Shown in pieces: positions 14,015 through 27,019 of a stretch of 64,000 nt of DNA. Source of the DNA: Camelus ferus. Its lineage: Eukaryota. The stretch covers positions 5,148,001 to 5,212,000 of the forward strand of contig NC_045698.1 of assembly GCF_009834535.1 (NCBI RefSeq), in the 5' to 3' direction. Under the pieces are notes generated by a model. The model was not told where the DNA came from and searched no databases. It saw only the letters and a list, made by a program, of their open reading frames with translations. Positions within the stretch are counted from its first letter, which is position 1; every line of letters starts with the position of its first letter. The translations under genes and the position numbers were made by a program.

Positions 14015-14560
14015 TCCTTACGTCCTTCAGCACGTATTTGTGGAGGCGTTTATGTGGCAGGTACTATACTCAAGTCCGTACAAGGTCCTCGTCCCCTCGC
14101 GGCCTGCATTGTATGGGGAAAGACAGAAAGTAAAATTTAGAAAAATCTAAAAGCAAACACTCTTAACTCCAATAACGATGTGGAGACTTAAGCAGGGTGG
14201 GGAGCTGCAGGGGGAGCGGGGGCTTAGTGGGGCTCTCTCTGGGAGGTGGTGCTTGAGTTGCAAGGCCTGGATGACAGAAAGACGCCGGCCAAAGAACCCA
14301 AGCCATTTGGGGCAGCAGAGCAGAAAGTGCAAAGGCCCTGAGGTTGTTGAAGGAAAATCAGGAAGGGCAGCCTGCAGGGACCATGAACCTGGGATGAAGG
14401 GAACCGGTGAGACACGAGATGGGAGGTGTCCACCAGCAGACCGTGGGGAACCCTTATTGGCATGATGAGGGCTTTGAACTTTTTCTCCGTGTTACAGAAA
14501 GCCAGTGATGGGATATAAACAGAGGAGGAGTGGTCTGATCGGTTTTAACGTTTTAAAAGA
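14015..14560 (-). mobile_element. L2 LINE remnant
   Basis: ttcagcacgtatttgtggaggcgtttatgtggcaggtact (L2 3' end), aaagtgcaaaggccctgagg, ttttaaaagatcactttg. Confidence 0.65.
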
Positions 14561-14564
14561 TCAC

Positions 14565-15045
14565 TTTGATTGCCACCATGGTATTAGCTGACACCTCCAT
14601 CATGTCTCATAATTGAAATTCCTTTTTCTGTGGTGAGAGCCTTTAAGATCTAGTTTCTTAGCAACTTTGAAGACTGTAATACAATGTTGTTAACTGTAAG
14701 CACAGTGTTGTGCTTCAGATCCCCAGGACTTACTCATGACTGCACCTTCGGGCCCTTTCACGAACATCTCCCCATTTCTCCACCCCCAGCTGCCCCACCC
14801 CCCAGTAACCGCCATTCCACTCTGTTTCTACAAGTTTGCTTTTTTAGGTTCCACATATAAGTAGTATCACATATGTATATGAGTCCTCAGTGTCTTTCTC
14901 TGTGTCAGTTACCTCTCCGCATAATGCCTTCAAGGTCCATCCATGTTGTTAAAAAGGGCGGGATTTCCTTTTTCCTCATGGCTGGATAGTATTCCATTAT
15001 GTAAATGAACGTATATATGAACATATGTATACACACACACACACC
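14565..15045 (-). mobile_element. L1 3' UTR (L1MA9-like) inserted in L2
   Basis: gtggtgagagcctttaagatcta, aggttccacatataagt, catggctggatagtattccatt. Confidence 0.8.
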
Positions 15046-16114
15046 CCCACACACACATATATAATGGGGGAGCTATCAGGCTGGAGACACAGTCAGTCCT
15101 TTCCCTTCATTTGTTCTTGTGTGTAAGCCTCTGTCTTTGAACTGGGAAGAGGTGGCTTCTTAACTGAACATAAGAACATGGGAACTGGGGTTTGATGGGA
15201 TTTCAGTGGGATAGAGTTTGTGGATTTACCCAAGTCTGCACATGTCCACACACAGTGAGCACATGTCCATATGTGTGTGTACATCTGTGCACACAGAAAG
15301 GGATAGACGCACAGATATAAACCCTGTCCCCATTGGGAAGACCTGGGCAAGAAGGGAAAGGGGAGAAAGCTAAACTTGGAAAACAGGGCGATCGTAAAGA
15401 GACACTCAAAGAAGCCTTCACACACGATTGATGGTTTGGCACTGAAAACGGGTGTGACTGAGGACCCCTAATTAAAGGAAAGACGATTTTACACAGTTGT
15501 GATATTTGCACTAAAAAAGTAACAGTGACTCAGAAGTAATCTTTATGTCAAGTATGATCAAGGAATAAGATAAAAAATACTAATCTAGGTGAAAAGGTAA
15601 ATGTTTCGTTTGCATATCTTTTTTTTTTTTTAGTTAAAGCACATTTTTGGCTAAATAGCTTTATAGTTATGTTTTCAAAAAGTTTTCTTAAATGTCCCTC
15701 ATTGGAAATCATATAAATATTCTCAAATCATCAATTCTTTGGGATGGAGATAACATTCAAAGAGGAAATTTTCATTTTGAATTTAGAACTTACCTTTCCA
15801 AGTTGCTCAATTAGATCAATCTATTCAAGACTTCTGTCTTTTCTTTGGGCAAGTTTTACTAAAATTTGGCATTGCTAGTTGTATGCTAAAACAATAAGAT
15901 GTTTTTTCCTAGGGCTGAAGGGCTCCTGGGGGAAGGCTGGAGGTGCCCTGGGAACAGGGGCCATTTCCTGTTTGATCGAGTGTCTGCTGTTTCCTGCCAC
16001 AGGCATCTGAGAAATGTCTGTTCATTTAAGTCTTTGAATGTGACTGATCGGTAGAGAAATAATCATTCCAAATTCAATAAGGCTGTAGTGAATGGCAGGG
16101 CCGATTGAATCAAG

Positions 16115-16900
16115 GAAGAGGGTGAAATATTTTTAGAGATGCATTTAGTGAATAGATGGTGATAATGTGGACATAGTCTGGGTCGTGTTGGCATGTGTTG
16201 TAGAGTCTTCCATGCAGACAACACGTTTGCGGAGCTCCGTGCGTCAGCCATCGGGACGCAAGGCGTTGGGGTCTTGGCTGTGAGTGAAACAAGTTCCTGC
16301 CCTCATGATGTCATTAAGCTTCACTGTGTGGAGGGAGAAAATGATCAAACCCAGAACTGTAAATGCTATGAATAAATAAAGCAAGTGACAAGGACTAGGG
16401 CGTGGTGGAGGGTTGCTGTTTTGTGTGGAGGTGGTCCTTGCAGGCTGGTGGGTGAGGTGATACTTGATCAGAGACCCGAGTGGACAGAGGGAGCACCTCT
16501 CGCAGGCCCCGGAAGCGGCCGGGAGGCTGCAGAGGCTGGACCACAGCAAGGGAAGGAATGAGCTGGCAGAGTAGAGGGCAGGGCGGCCACAGGAGGCCAC
16601 ATCCTTAGGACTGGTGGGACGTTACCAGGTCTGGAGAGCTTACTCTGAGTGAGACAGACGAGAAGCAGCTGGAGATTGTTGGGGAAATGATAAGAATTTG
16701 TACTTGAACTGGGTCTAGAAAGAGGTAAGATTTCAACAGTTCAAGAAGAGGAGAGAGGACATTCTGAGGCTGGGGAATGGCAGACTGAGGTGAGCACCCC
16801 ATGCTCACAGCCTGGGAATGACCGTGGTTGGCTGGAGCAGAGGATGCTTCCAGAGTGGGGCCAGAAGGAGAGGATGGAGAGGTCAGTTTCGGGACAATCT
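16115..16900 (-). mobile_element. L2 LINE remnants
   Basis: gtgagtgaaacaagttcctgccctcatg, ttactctgagtgagac. Confidence 0.55.
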
Positions 16901-17326
16901 GGACCTCCAGGCTGTGTGGTTTCCACTTACTCTGTGATCACAAAAACCCTTCGAGAGAAATGTTCGGAGCACTGGGGTAAGCCAGAAGAAATTTTCATCC
17001 AAGGGAAAAAGCTAATTAGACCTTTGCATTCAGAATCACAAATCCAGCAGTTGTATGTTGGCTTAATTGAAGGACGGACAATGCTGGAGAAGAGGAGGTC
17101 AGTGAGGGTGTCACTGCAGAGGTTCCTATCCTGCATAGTAAGGACATTCTGGAGTCGGGTGGTGCCCCCACTCCTGTGAGATATTTTGCAACTGATAAAA
17201 AGTAAATAATATATTCCCATCTGTGGACTTGGAAAGATGCCCATGGTGTATATATAGTTCAATGATAAAAGCAAATTACAGGGGAATGCATATGAAAGCA
17301 TCCTGTTGAAACCATCAGTAAAACCT

Positions 17327-17368
17327 TGCATGTGCGAGTGGGTGTGCATGTGCATGTGCATGTGCATG
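17327..17368 (+). repeat. TGCATG hexamer array (4 tandem copies plus 1 nearby)
   Basis: TGCATG starts at 17327, 17345, 17351, 17357 and 17363. Confidence 0.9.
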
Positions 17369-17369
17369 T

Positions 17370-17745
17370 TTGTCTGAGCTTGGTATCAGTTGGGACCATC
17401 CAGGCTGTGCTCAGGGGACCCAGGTCTTTACCACCATGGAGGCTCACTCACACGATCACAGGTCCATGTGGATCAGCCAAAGGGCTCTGCATCTTGCTTG
17501 GGACCAAGGCTGGGAGCAGCTCCAATGTCATGTTTCCATGATTGACAGGGAGGGAAGGGGGCTTGGCAAATTACGCACTAGGTTTTAAAGTTTCCACCTA
17601 GAAAGGACACATACCACTTCTGCTCACATTAGAGCAAGTCACATGCCCTCACCTAACTTAAAAGAAAGTTCTCAGTGCATTTGCACCATGTGCTCGGAAG
17701 GAAGAAAGCTAGAGCTGTTTGGTGAGGAGTCCTAACGATTGCCCG
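17370..17745. mobile_element. MaLR LTR (MLT1J/K-like)
   Basis: cacttctgctcacatt...agcaagtcacatgccctcacctaact motif. Confidence 0.65.
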
Positions 17746-17751
17746 GAGCAT

Positions 17752-17800
17752 GGAGGACAGGGGAGGACGGGGGAGGACAGGGGAGGACAGGAGAGGATGG
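17752..17800. repeat. GGGGGAGGAC(A/G)-type short G-rich tandem repeat
   Basis: ggaggacagggggaggacggggggaggacagggggaggacaggagagg. Confidence 0.8.
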
Positions 17801-19211
17801 GCAAGGACGGGCAAATGGGAGGAAGGATGCTCGCCATGGTGTCCTTGTTATGGGGGAAGAAGGAGGGGGAGAAAGTGTAGAGACACATTTCTTACCAAAT
17901 GAGAAGGAAATAATAAACCTTCCCAGTGGCCATGAAGGTGGAGAGGAGGGGACAGATGTAGGACGCTGGAGTTCTGAAGCCAGAAGACTTTTTTCTTTGA
18001 GTGTGTCTGTGAAGAATTGTCAGAAGGGACTCTCAAATGTTTGTGCCTGGGTTGTTTGGAGAGCGAGGCATTGTAGGCAGAACTGAGTTATCCTGCAAAA
18101 GGAGCAAGTTTAAGAACATAAAGGAGAAGCTCTTAGTCCGTTTGAAAACTGTGGAGCTTGAAAGTCAAGTAGACCTTCAAGGGGAAGATACGAACATCTT
18201 GCAAAAAGCGGATGCCGGGCCGGAGTTGAGAGAAACACTTGCCACCGTCCTGCGGGGACGAGCGCCCCCGCTTCAGACCCGCTGCTCGTCCGGCTCTCTG
18301 TGCAGGGTCTCGGAACCAGACCAGTGCTCCTCTCTCTTCAGCCCCTGGTCAGAGACACAGCCAAGGGGCATCCAGTTGTGGAAATGTCCCCATGGAATCA
18401 TGGAAACCCAAGTACCTACAATCAACGTTTTGGAGCTTTTTACCCACACATTTCTTTTAGATGTGCCAAATCCATTTGGGTTTGACATAGGGCCCTACTT
18501 GAAGCTGCTTTGGAAAGCAGGCTAAAAAGAAATAGAGCCTTCCGGGATTAATAAAAAGTGAAGACTGTCCCCTGTGGGACTTGAAGCTGCATCAGCCTCC
18601 TTCCTCTCCACCCAGCTTGCCTACAGCTGCCCAGATGCCAGGCGCTGAGCATCCGAAACAGTTGCTCCTGAAATGCTGCCACTAAAATCCAGACCTTGAT
18701 TGAATACGGCTTGCTTAACTGACCTTTAACAATTTCATTTTTGTCATTGAAAAGGAAATACTTGACAGGAGCAACTGTTCTTCTCCGTTTGGTTACTGTA
18801 GATAAGCGTTCCACGTGTGTCCATTTCAAAGCTCAAAATGTTTACAGAGTGTTTATTAATTGAAGTCATGTTAGAGATTTAAAGCTGTCCAAAATTGAGC
18901 TGTTCAAAAGTTTTGGTAATTTCAAAGAAATGCTAAAGGTTTTTGAGTTAGAAGAAAAACAAGTCGTTGTAAAAGAGGTTTTCTTTTGTAGTTGATGTCA
19001 GTTCTGATACCTGAAAATATTCATTTAACACCTCTTGTAGGCTGTGAAGGTCTGGCATAGAGTCTGTGTGTAGAAATAATACCTTAATTGAAAATATTTC
19101 CTATAAAGTCGCTGGATATTAGGGATTCTGAAGTAAATTTAATTTGCTCAGTAAGCCGTGACTACACGACAGTTGTTTTCCACATTCTGAGAAGAAACTT
19201 TTCCTGTAGCT

Positions 19212-19400
19212 CAGTGGCTCTTGAGCGAGGTGACATTACTCCCTGGAAGGTGTTTGGTGATGCCTGGAGATGTGTTTAGTTGTCACAACCTTGAAGGGGT
19301 GATGCTGCCGGCACCGAGGAGGTACAGGCCAGGAATGCTGCAAACCATCCTGCAATGCACAGTGTCCACCGCAAAGAATTATCCAAGCTGAGGAACTCTG
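19212..19400 (+). mobile_element. MER20 hAT-Charlie MITE
   Basis: CAGTGG start, gttgtcacaac, ggccaggaatgctgcaaaccatcctgcaatgcacag, aaagaattatcc, ends gaggaactctg. Confidence 0.85.
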
Positions 19401-19904
19401 CTTAAGAGAATCTGTCCGGTTACTTTTTGATTGTAACATGCAGTGCAGGTGCCTGTGACTTTGCAGGAGGGAAACAAGGCTGGCGTCCACCCAGGCGTCC
19501 GTCTCTGTGAATCCGCCAGGGCAGAGCCTTTTGCCCACGTCTTTCCCGTGGACTCACGCCCTGACTCCAGCAGGACAGCTGATGCCAGGTCTCTGTCTCC
19601 TGCCCGCTGTGCTGGGCTTCAGGACTCTTTCACATCACAGAAGTCACGCTGTCAAAGTGGAATAAGCTCTCTCCTTAGCCTCACTTATTTTTGGAGTGAA
19701 GAGCTGTGTGGCAGAGTTCACCAAATGCCTTGTTCCCTATTTCCCTGACCTCGGTCTTTTTTCCACTTGATTTATCACTTTTTTTTTATCCCTTTTGAAG
19801 TTCTCCTGCCTCTGCTTCTGTTGTAATGAAAATGGCCTGTTTTATTACCTACTAAGCCATTTTCTTTTCCATTCCAAACCTTCCTCTAAGCTGTTTCGCA
19901 TTGA

Positions 19905-20520
19905 TTTTTTTTTATTGAGGTGATGTTGACATAACATAAATTAACCACTTTAAAGGGAAGACTTCAGTGGCTTTTAGTACATTCACATTGTTGTGCAGCG
20001 TGCAGTTCCAGCTAGTTCCAAAACATTTTAATCACCCCAAAGAAAACTCCTTTCCTGTTGAGCAGTTACTTCCATTCTTCCTTGCCCCAGCCCCTAAAAC
20101 CCATCAGTCTGCTTTCTGTCTCTGTAAATTTACTCATTCTGGATGTTTCATACAAATGGAATTACACAATATGGGGTCTTTTGCTCTAGCATTGCTCACT
20201 TAGCATTATTTTTTGGAAGTTCATCCACACGGTAGTAGCATGTATCTGTACTTCCTGCCTTTTCAGGGCTGAATAGTATTCCATTGTATGGATCTACCAC
20301 ATGCTATTCATGTATCCATTCATCCCTTGATGGACATGTGTGTTATTTACACCTTTTGAATATTGTAACTAGTGCTGTAGGAACATGTGTGTGCATGTAT
20401 TTGTTTGAGTACTTGTTTTCAGTTTTCTAGGGTGTGTATTTAGGAATGAAAGAGCTGAGTCATGCTAATTGGTAGTTGTATATTTAACCTTTAGGAAACT
20501 GTCAAACTGTTTTCATGGTA
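19905..20520 (-). mobile_element. L1MB-like 3' end
   Basis: Poly-T start, then cagtggcttttagtacattcacattgttgtgca, ggctgaatagtattccattgtatgg, aactgtcaaactgttttc. Confidence 0.85.
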
Positions 20521-20934
20521 GGAGACTCACCTCTAAGCTGTTTTTTGCATCTACTTCCACTAACTTCCCACAGACAACAGCCATCCATTCTCCCGGAACA
20601 GTATGACAGAAAATGTAAAGAGTCCAGATATGTGTTCTGAAGCACAGATACGAAACCCTGAGAGTTTAGGACCAGCTTTGTATCCCTGCCCTTGAACTAC
20701 TCAGATTAACCTAATATCTGCAATTGTTTGGATACCAAAACTGGAAGTCCCTTGATTTTGAAAAAGAACCTTTTTTCCTTCCATCACATGGTTAGTCTTT
20801 TATTGTAATCCGGTGGATTAGTTTGAACACGCCTTCTTGTTCTGTCATGATATTGTCTCTTAAGTGGGTGTGGTTCCTGGGGGTTTACGCAGCCTTTCAT
20901 GGGAAGGAGAGAGGAAGCACTTGGAGACAGGACT

Positions 20935-20969
20935 CTCTGACTCTCACTGTCCTTCTTGCCCACTTCTAG
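20935..20969 (+). promoter_or_regulatory. 3' splice site: branch-point candidates, polypyrimidine tract and AG
   Basis: CTGAC (20937-20941) and CTCAC (20943-20947), then CTGTCCTTCTTGCCCACTTCTAG with no intervening AG. Confidence 0.8.
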
Positions 20970-21131
20970 GTGTCATTCTTCCTCTTTATCATCTTCGTGG
21001 TGTACACCATGCTGCCCTTCAACATGCGAGATGCCATCATTGCCAGCGTCCTCACCTCCTCTTCCCACACCATCGTGCTGAGCGTCTGCCTGTCTGCAGC
21101 ACCAGGGGCCAAGGAGCACCTAGTCTGGCAG
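20970..21131 (+). CDS. ADCY2: Internal coding exon (probably exon 3) of adenylate cyclase type 2; two transmembrane helices of the M1 cassette
   Basis: Translates to VSFFLFIIFVVYTMLPFNMRDAIIASVLTSSSHTIVLSVCLSAAPGAKEHLVWQ, which I recognise as mammalian ADCY2. Polypyrimidine tract and TTCTAG acceptor (AG at 20968-20969); CAG|GTGAGA donor at 21131/21132; 162 nt = 54 codons. Confidence 0.96.
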
Positions 21132-23899
21132 GTGAGAGCACCTCTGCCTCTGCACGCTGACCTTCCCTATCCCTTCAGGGAGGGGGATGCCTTGCACCTG
21201 CTCAGGGTGTGACTGTTGGCTGGTACCTGGCTGGAGCTCCAGGTCTGCTCTGTGATGTTGACTCTGCGTTTTGCTGATGGGTAGGCAGCCAACTCCCTCC
21301 TCCACCACCAGAAGTCACTTAGCAATTAGCAGCAGTGAAAATTGGAAATGACAATTCCATTTTGCTGATTGATGGTTAAAAGCTGTTATTATACATTATA
21401 ATTTAGCACTCTTTATTTTTAGAGTGAAATAACTTACACAGTTAAATTCATAATCCCCCCTCAAGCTCTCTGTACCTTGATATCCAAAACCCCATTTTTA
21501 CAGAGGACAAAAGATTTCTCTATTTCTTAATCTTCCGGCAGGTCCCAGGACACAAAAGCATAATTCTTTAAATGCTGCAACAGCAAATTTAGTTTTACTA
21601 ATACATGGCATTTCAACGAGACCATTCTATTTAGTTAGTTAAAAGCATTTAAAAAGCCATTTTATTTCCTATTAGGTACATCTGTAAACAGGAAGGTCAG
21701 TGGTTTGGGCTTTTTCTTAAAACTCTTTTTTTTAATCTGTAAAAAGTATATTTTGTTTTGCTGTACTGGAACCAAATGAAACAAACGCGGCCGTGTGTAA
21801 AATGCAGTGGGGTTGAGGAGAGAGTTATCAACAGCACTGTTGTTGCAAAGGGGCTTTTAGACGTGGGTTGTTTGAGCCCCGTGGGGTCTGACAAACCCAT
21901 GTGTCACTCGCTTGGTGGAGTGCTGTGTCTGGGAACTTGAGACGGTGTTGGAGGCTCAGCCTTGGGTCTGCAGTAACCGCTTGTAGCTGGAATGCTTTCT
22001 AGGGACCCCTTTCCTAGGTAGCCCTGTCCCAGCTCTCATGACACAGTGTTCATTGAGAGCAGCCTGAAAGACACGTCCTTTGCGGGCACTGAGAGAGGGT
22101 AAAGGCAGTGGCCCAGTTTGGCACGGTGGCCTCCAGTTATTTGGACATTACTAAGAAACGTCCCCTCCAGGAGGTGGAGAAAACCGTGTCTTCACGCGTT
22201 CCCTGTGACTGAGCAGAATAGACACGTCAGTAGCGTGGCCAGAGACACACACGGCGTCCGGTCAGTCACTAACCAAATGGGAGAAAGAAGGTGGGTATTT
22301 TATTAAAAGAGGAAACAACTCCGCTGCGCCTGGGAAGTGGTGGCAGAAGTGTTCCTTCTTCCACGCACTCTGCCCAGCTCTGACTCGCCGTTTCTGCGTT
22401 TCGGAGCCTCCCTTGGGGATATTTAGGACATTTCTCCTTTCTCCCATCACGTCCACGCTCCACCCTCCCTTCAGTGGGGCCGTCAAGCCCAACCTTAGGT
22501 GGTCACGTGCAGGTCAGGGCGATGGGTATGTTTTATGCAGGAATGAGCACATAACTTGCTCCGACAGTTTACACTATGAAAGTCACTGCAGGAAAGATCT
22601 CGTCACACAGGCAACGGGCACTCAAACTTGTTCCCCAGCTTGCAGCATCTTCCTGGTTTTGGGTTACCCCGGAACACATCCCTTGAATATTTTGTAGCCA
22701 TTTCTTCTGCTGTTTCATGAATCAATAGAGTGTCTGCTGGTGCGATGTGATAGAAGAGACATCTGGGAAATGAGGGTTAGGATACCTGCCTGTAGGGCTC
22801 AAACGGGGTTAAAAGACATAGGAAAAAGTAAGTGATTTGTAAAGAACCTGTCGTATTTTAGATATCAAGAACTGTACTGGTTTTTTTTTTTTTTTAAGCA
22901 CTGTTATTTTCTTGCTTTGGTTAAAAGAAAAAAAGAAATGTGGAAAGAATGTAATCTTAAATTTTTATTCACTCAATTTCCAAAACCAACAAAGAAAAAT
23001 ACTCCTTATCAGTAGACAGGCAGAGATAGGATAATTCTGGAATAGCAAAAAGAATTAAAAATTCTTCATTCCATAGTGTTTCATATAAAAATAACATTGA
23101 AAGGAACAGAAGAATGTAAGGTCAAGGTTTCCATCCCTTCAGAAATAATTTCGCAGTGATTTCCAGAGCTGGGAAAGGCAAAATCTGCCAACAGATTTAA
23201 AATGGAAGGTTCATAGGTAAACATCAAAGTAATGAGGTAAGAGAGCTTTTAAGTACCTTGGCCACTGCTGGAAATATGACCTAAAAATAACAGTGGTTTG
23301 TGATGCATGAAAACATGTTACTGAATTCTTTTTATGAACAGTGTATATAAGACAGAAGGTTAGGTGGTAATATCGCTGTGGTGTCATCGTTAAAGCAAAG
23401 CTATTTAAAATGAAGAATACTGGTCTGAAATAAAGAATGAGATGTCCGCCACTAGTACCGCCCTGCCTTCTGAGACCCCAGGGAGTGCTTTTTACTTCAC
23501 GTGGATCTGGAGTAGTAATTTTTTGTTTCATTTTATTCTTTGAACATTGACAATCCATTAACAGTGTGTAGTAACTTCTCTGTTCACAAGAATATTGACT
23601 TAATGAGAACCCTTATTCCCCTTCTGTCTTGTGTCTCAGTTCATTGTTCTCAGGAAATTGATTTCATCTGCATTTGTCTTCAAGTAGAATTCATTCTCCA
23701 GCTATGATAAATAATCTACTCGAGGAAATTTACTTAATACCTGAAAATTATGGACGGTGTTTCCTAACACATTTAAACAGAGAGTATAACCCGAATGCGT
23801 TTTTTTTTTACAGACCTACCAATGCGTTGCAGATCCAGTACAGATAATGTTTTTCCTCTAAGCCTTTCAGAGATAGGTTGCCAATCTGATGTTCCACTG

Positions 23900-25370
23900 C
23901 CCCCAGATGCTTTAGTGTGTAGTTCCCACGGTACCGCCCTCCTGCATAGCCGCAATGCGGCCGTCAAAGCCAGAAATGCACCTGGTTCAGTTGCTGACGT
24001 TCAGGTCCCTCCAGCTTTCCCAGTAGTGTCCTTTACAGCAAAAGGGCCCACTCATCACGTTCTGTTCTTAAGTCTCCTTGCTTTTCCGTCTGGAACAATC
24101 CCTTAGTCTTTCCTTGGCTTTCATTATCTTAACGCATTTGAAGGTGGCAGGCCAGTTATTTTGTAAGATGTCCTTTAAATTGTGGTGTCCAGTATTTCCA
24201 CATGAACAGGTTCAGTTACACATTTTGGCAGGAATCACAGAAGGGGTGGTGTGTCCTCATCACGTTCTGTCTAGGGCCCGTCCATCCACTTCACCCCGTT
24301 ACTTACAGTGTCCTTGCTATTGCGGTGCTGTCCACCAGACTTTCCCATTTTGAAATTACTCTTTTCCTCCTTGTAATTATGCATATTTTGTGAAGAGATG
24401 CTTTGAAACCAGGCAAATATCCTGTTTCTCATCAAACTTTCAATGTATTCGTTTACTTACTAGTATCTGCACGGCCTGGTGCTCAGTAGGTTATAAACCG
24501 TTGCCATCCCTGTGTATTTTGATGCCCAGATGGCCTCAGATTTCTCTAGTGTGTGCCCCTTCAAGCTGTACCTTTGACAGGTCCCCATGATTCTTCGAGC
24601 ATTTCCTCAATTTCTGGCACAAGATATCTCATCTCATGCCCTCCCTGCCCTGGCCCTAAAATCAGCCGTCTCTCCAAGGAGCCCTGGTGCTTTTTGGTGA
24701 AGAATGACATTTAGTGGCAAGATCTGGGCTTTGGGTCTTTCCATTGCCACTGAGGTGTCAGTGCCCCAAGCCAAGGCCCACACTTTGTACGTCTCTATTT
24801 TTATATCTACTTACGTATTAGACACCGTGACTTCACACTGGTATTTCCATCTCCAGCCCGATGTAAGTGTCATGCCAGTTCTCTGTCCCTCCATGGCAGC
24901 TCCCTTGATCAGTAGTGAGAAATACTTAGCTCCCAGGATCCATAATATTTTACATATTTGATGAATCCCCGTATGTGAGGCGTCTCCTATCTGGATTGTC
25001 AACACCTTCCCCTGCTCAGGTGCCCTCTCACTTGGCCTGGTGTCCCCTCCCCAGACCATGTTCCCCTCCCCCAGCTGGGGCTCTGGCATCCCATCTACAT
25101 GGGGGTGTCCCCTCCCCTAGGTGGGCTCAGACACCCAGTCCATGTGAGGGTGCCCCTCCCCCAGCTGGGGCTCTGACACCCTGGTCCATGGGAAGGTGTC
25201 CCCTCCCCCAACTGCGGCCCTGTCCCCTGTGCTTGACTTTCCCCACCGCAGACATGCCTCACACCCAGCCCAGTTTGCCCTGGGTGAGTTTGGCTTCCCC
25301 CATTCCCTGCTGGTGCTGGTGCTTCCTTGCTCTGCCTCACCTGAGGGCTGAGCACTGAGTTATTCAGGGG
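23900..25370 (-). mobile_element. L1MC4/5-like 3' region
   Basis: ggccagttattttgtaagatgtcc, aatcagccgtctctccaaggagccctgg, aagatctgggc. Confidence 0.65.
25063..25222. repeat. About 45-bp C-rich minisatellite, about 3.5 units
   Basis: Units of cccctcccccagctggggctctgacacc...catg...ggtgt start at 25063, 25109, 25153 and 25200. Confidence 0.8.
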
Positions 25371-27019
25371 GTAAGAAAAGTACGGGAAGGGAAGGGGAGG
25401 AGGCTGGGCCAGGAAGAGGAAGAGGAAGAGAGCGAACACACTTGGAATGGACTTGGCTTGTGGCCGAGGCAGAGATTCTTTTCAGTTACTCTCTCTGATT
25501 CCCTTCGTACTGGTCCGGGCAACTTTTCTTCTAACTCTTTTCTGTCTTTGTTTTCCTAACTGGGTTTCAAAGAGGAATTTTTCTAGAATCTGCGGTAGTT
25601 AAGGGACTCTGAAACCCTTAATAACCAAGAGAATAAGTTATTCAGATACTAGGAAACTTTAAAAAAAGAAAGCAGTTTTGTATTGTCTATGTAAGAAGGC
25701 TATTTTGTTTCTCTATCATAAATTTAGCATAAGCACCAAAAGCCCTTAATAATTTATGATTAACAAGAAAATAAGAATTTTACCTGTATCAGTAGAGTAA
25801 CATGCATGTGATGGAAAGGTCCACAGAAGCAGCCAGGAGTCTTTTTTGTTTACGATTGTGTTAAAGCAGAGGGAAGCCGGGGCTAGGAAGACACGGTGAG
25901 AGCTCCCACCTTGTGCCGGGGTGCCTGCCTCCCGCTCGGGCCCTGCGCCGGCAGTTCTGCAGAGACGACCAGGATCTGGGTGGGGGTCTGCCTCCCCTGG
26001 TAGGGGTGGCGGGTCCATCGCCCTGGAGCTCGGCCCCGCCTGCGCCCTGTGCTTGCCTGGCCCTCGCTTCATCTTCAGCACACGCCTTGTCTGTTCTCTG
26101 TGTGCTAAGCTTCTGTAGGTCAGCGTCACGTCAGCACAATACTGAACCATCCTCAAGGAATTTCCACGCATCCCTATTTATATATTACAATTACATTTTG
26201 TATCTGGAACTTGCTTACTTTTCTTATATTTTTATTTCCTTGGTATTTGTAGCACGGTCAGCATTTTCATTGTGTGTATCTTGTATTTTCTCATGAGAGA
26301 GAAAGGGGAATTTGTAGATTTCTTCAGCAAGCAGTTTGTATAAGGATCCATAGTTATTAAAGAAGATCAGCTGAGCAGTGCATATTGATTTTCTGACAGG
26401 GTTTCTCATATCTCAGAGACATTTTATAGGATTCCTTTATGCAGTGGATTCTTTCATATATTTAAGTCGTGATACAGTTTGAAAAATTTTAGTTTGGACC
26501 TCAAGTAGAAAATATAGCCTGTCCTCTATGGCAAGTGTGTAATCAGTAGTAAGGCAGATTTGTTACATAACTGATTCTTTTTCAGTATAATTCAGGAACT
26601 GTGTGTTGGAGTCTGGAATTAAATTGCATTTAGAATCTAATCTGAGAAGCTCAAAGGAAAAACAGCAGGTTACCAGCTGCCCAGTTTCTGGCTGTGGAGG
26701 AGACTAATTGTCAGGAATTTGGATCTCTGTTCCTACTGTTCGTCTTTAGAGAAGCTTAGGATATTAATATTTTTCCACAAGGGGCTGGGGGAGGGGGTGG
26801 AGATTGTACCACAGTTCATTTTGCATAGCATCCAGCTATGAATTGGTTATGATCGGTAGCCTACTTGAGCAAGCTATCATTTACCTGTTCTAAAGACATT
26901 ACAATGTGGAAGGAGTGGGGTAAGTGTAGAGAAGAGGTAAAAACGGGCAAGTACTTACTGTGGCTGAATCCTAAAGCACATCTAAATGCCCATCACACCT
27001 CTGCTCTCCTTTCTCCTTC

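Noticed and set aside
20864..21212. ORFs 20864-21160 and 20970-21212 as standalone genes
   Set aside because: The first is an alternative frame across the exon. The second is the exon plus intron read-through past a canonical donor.
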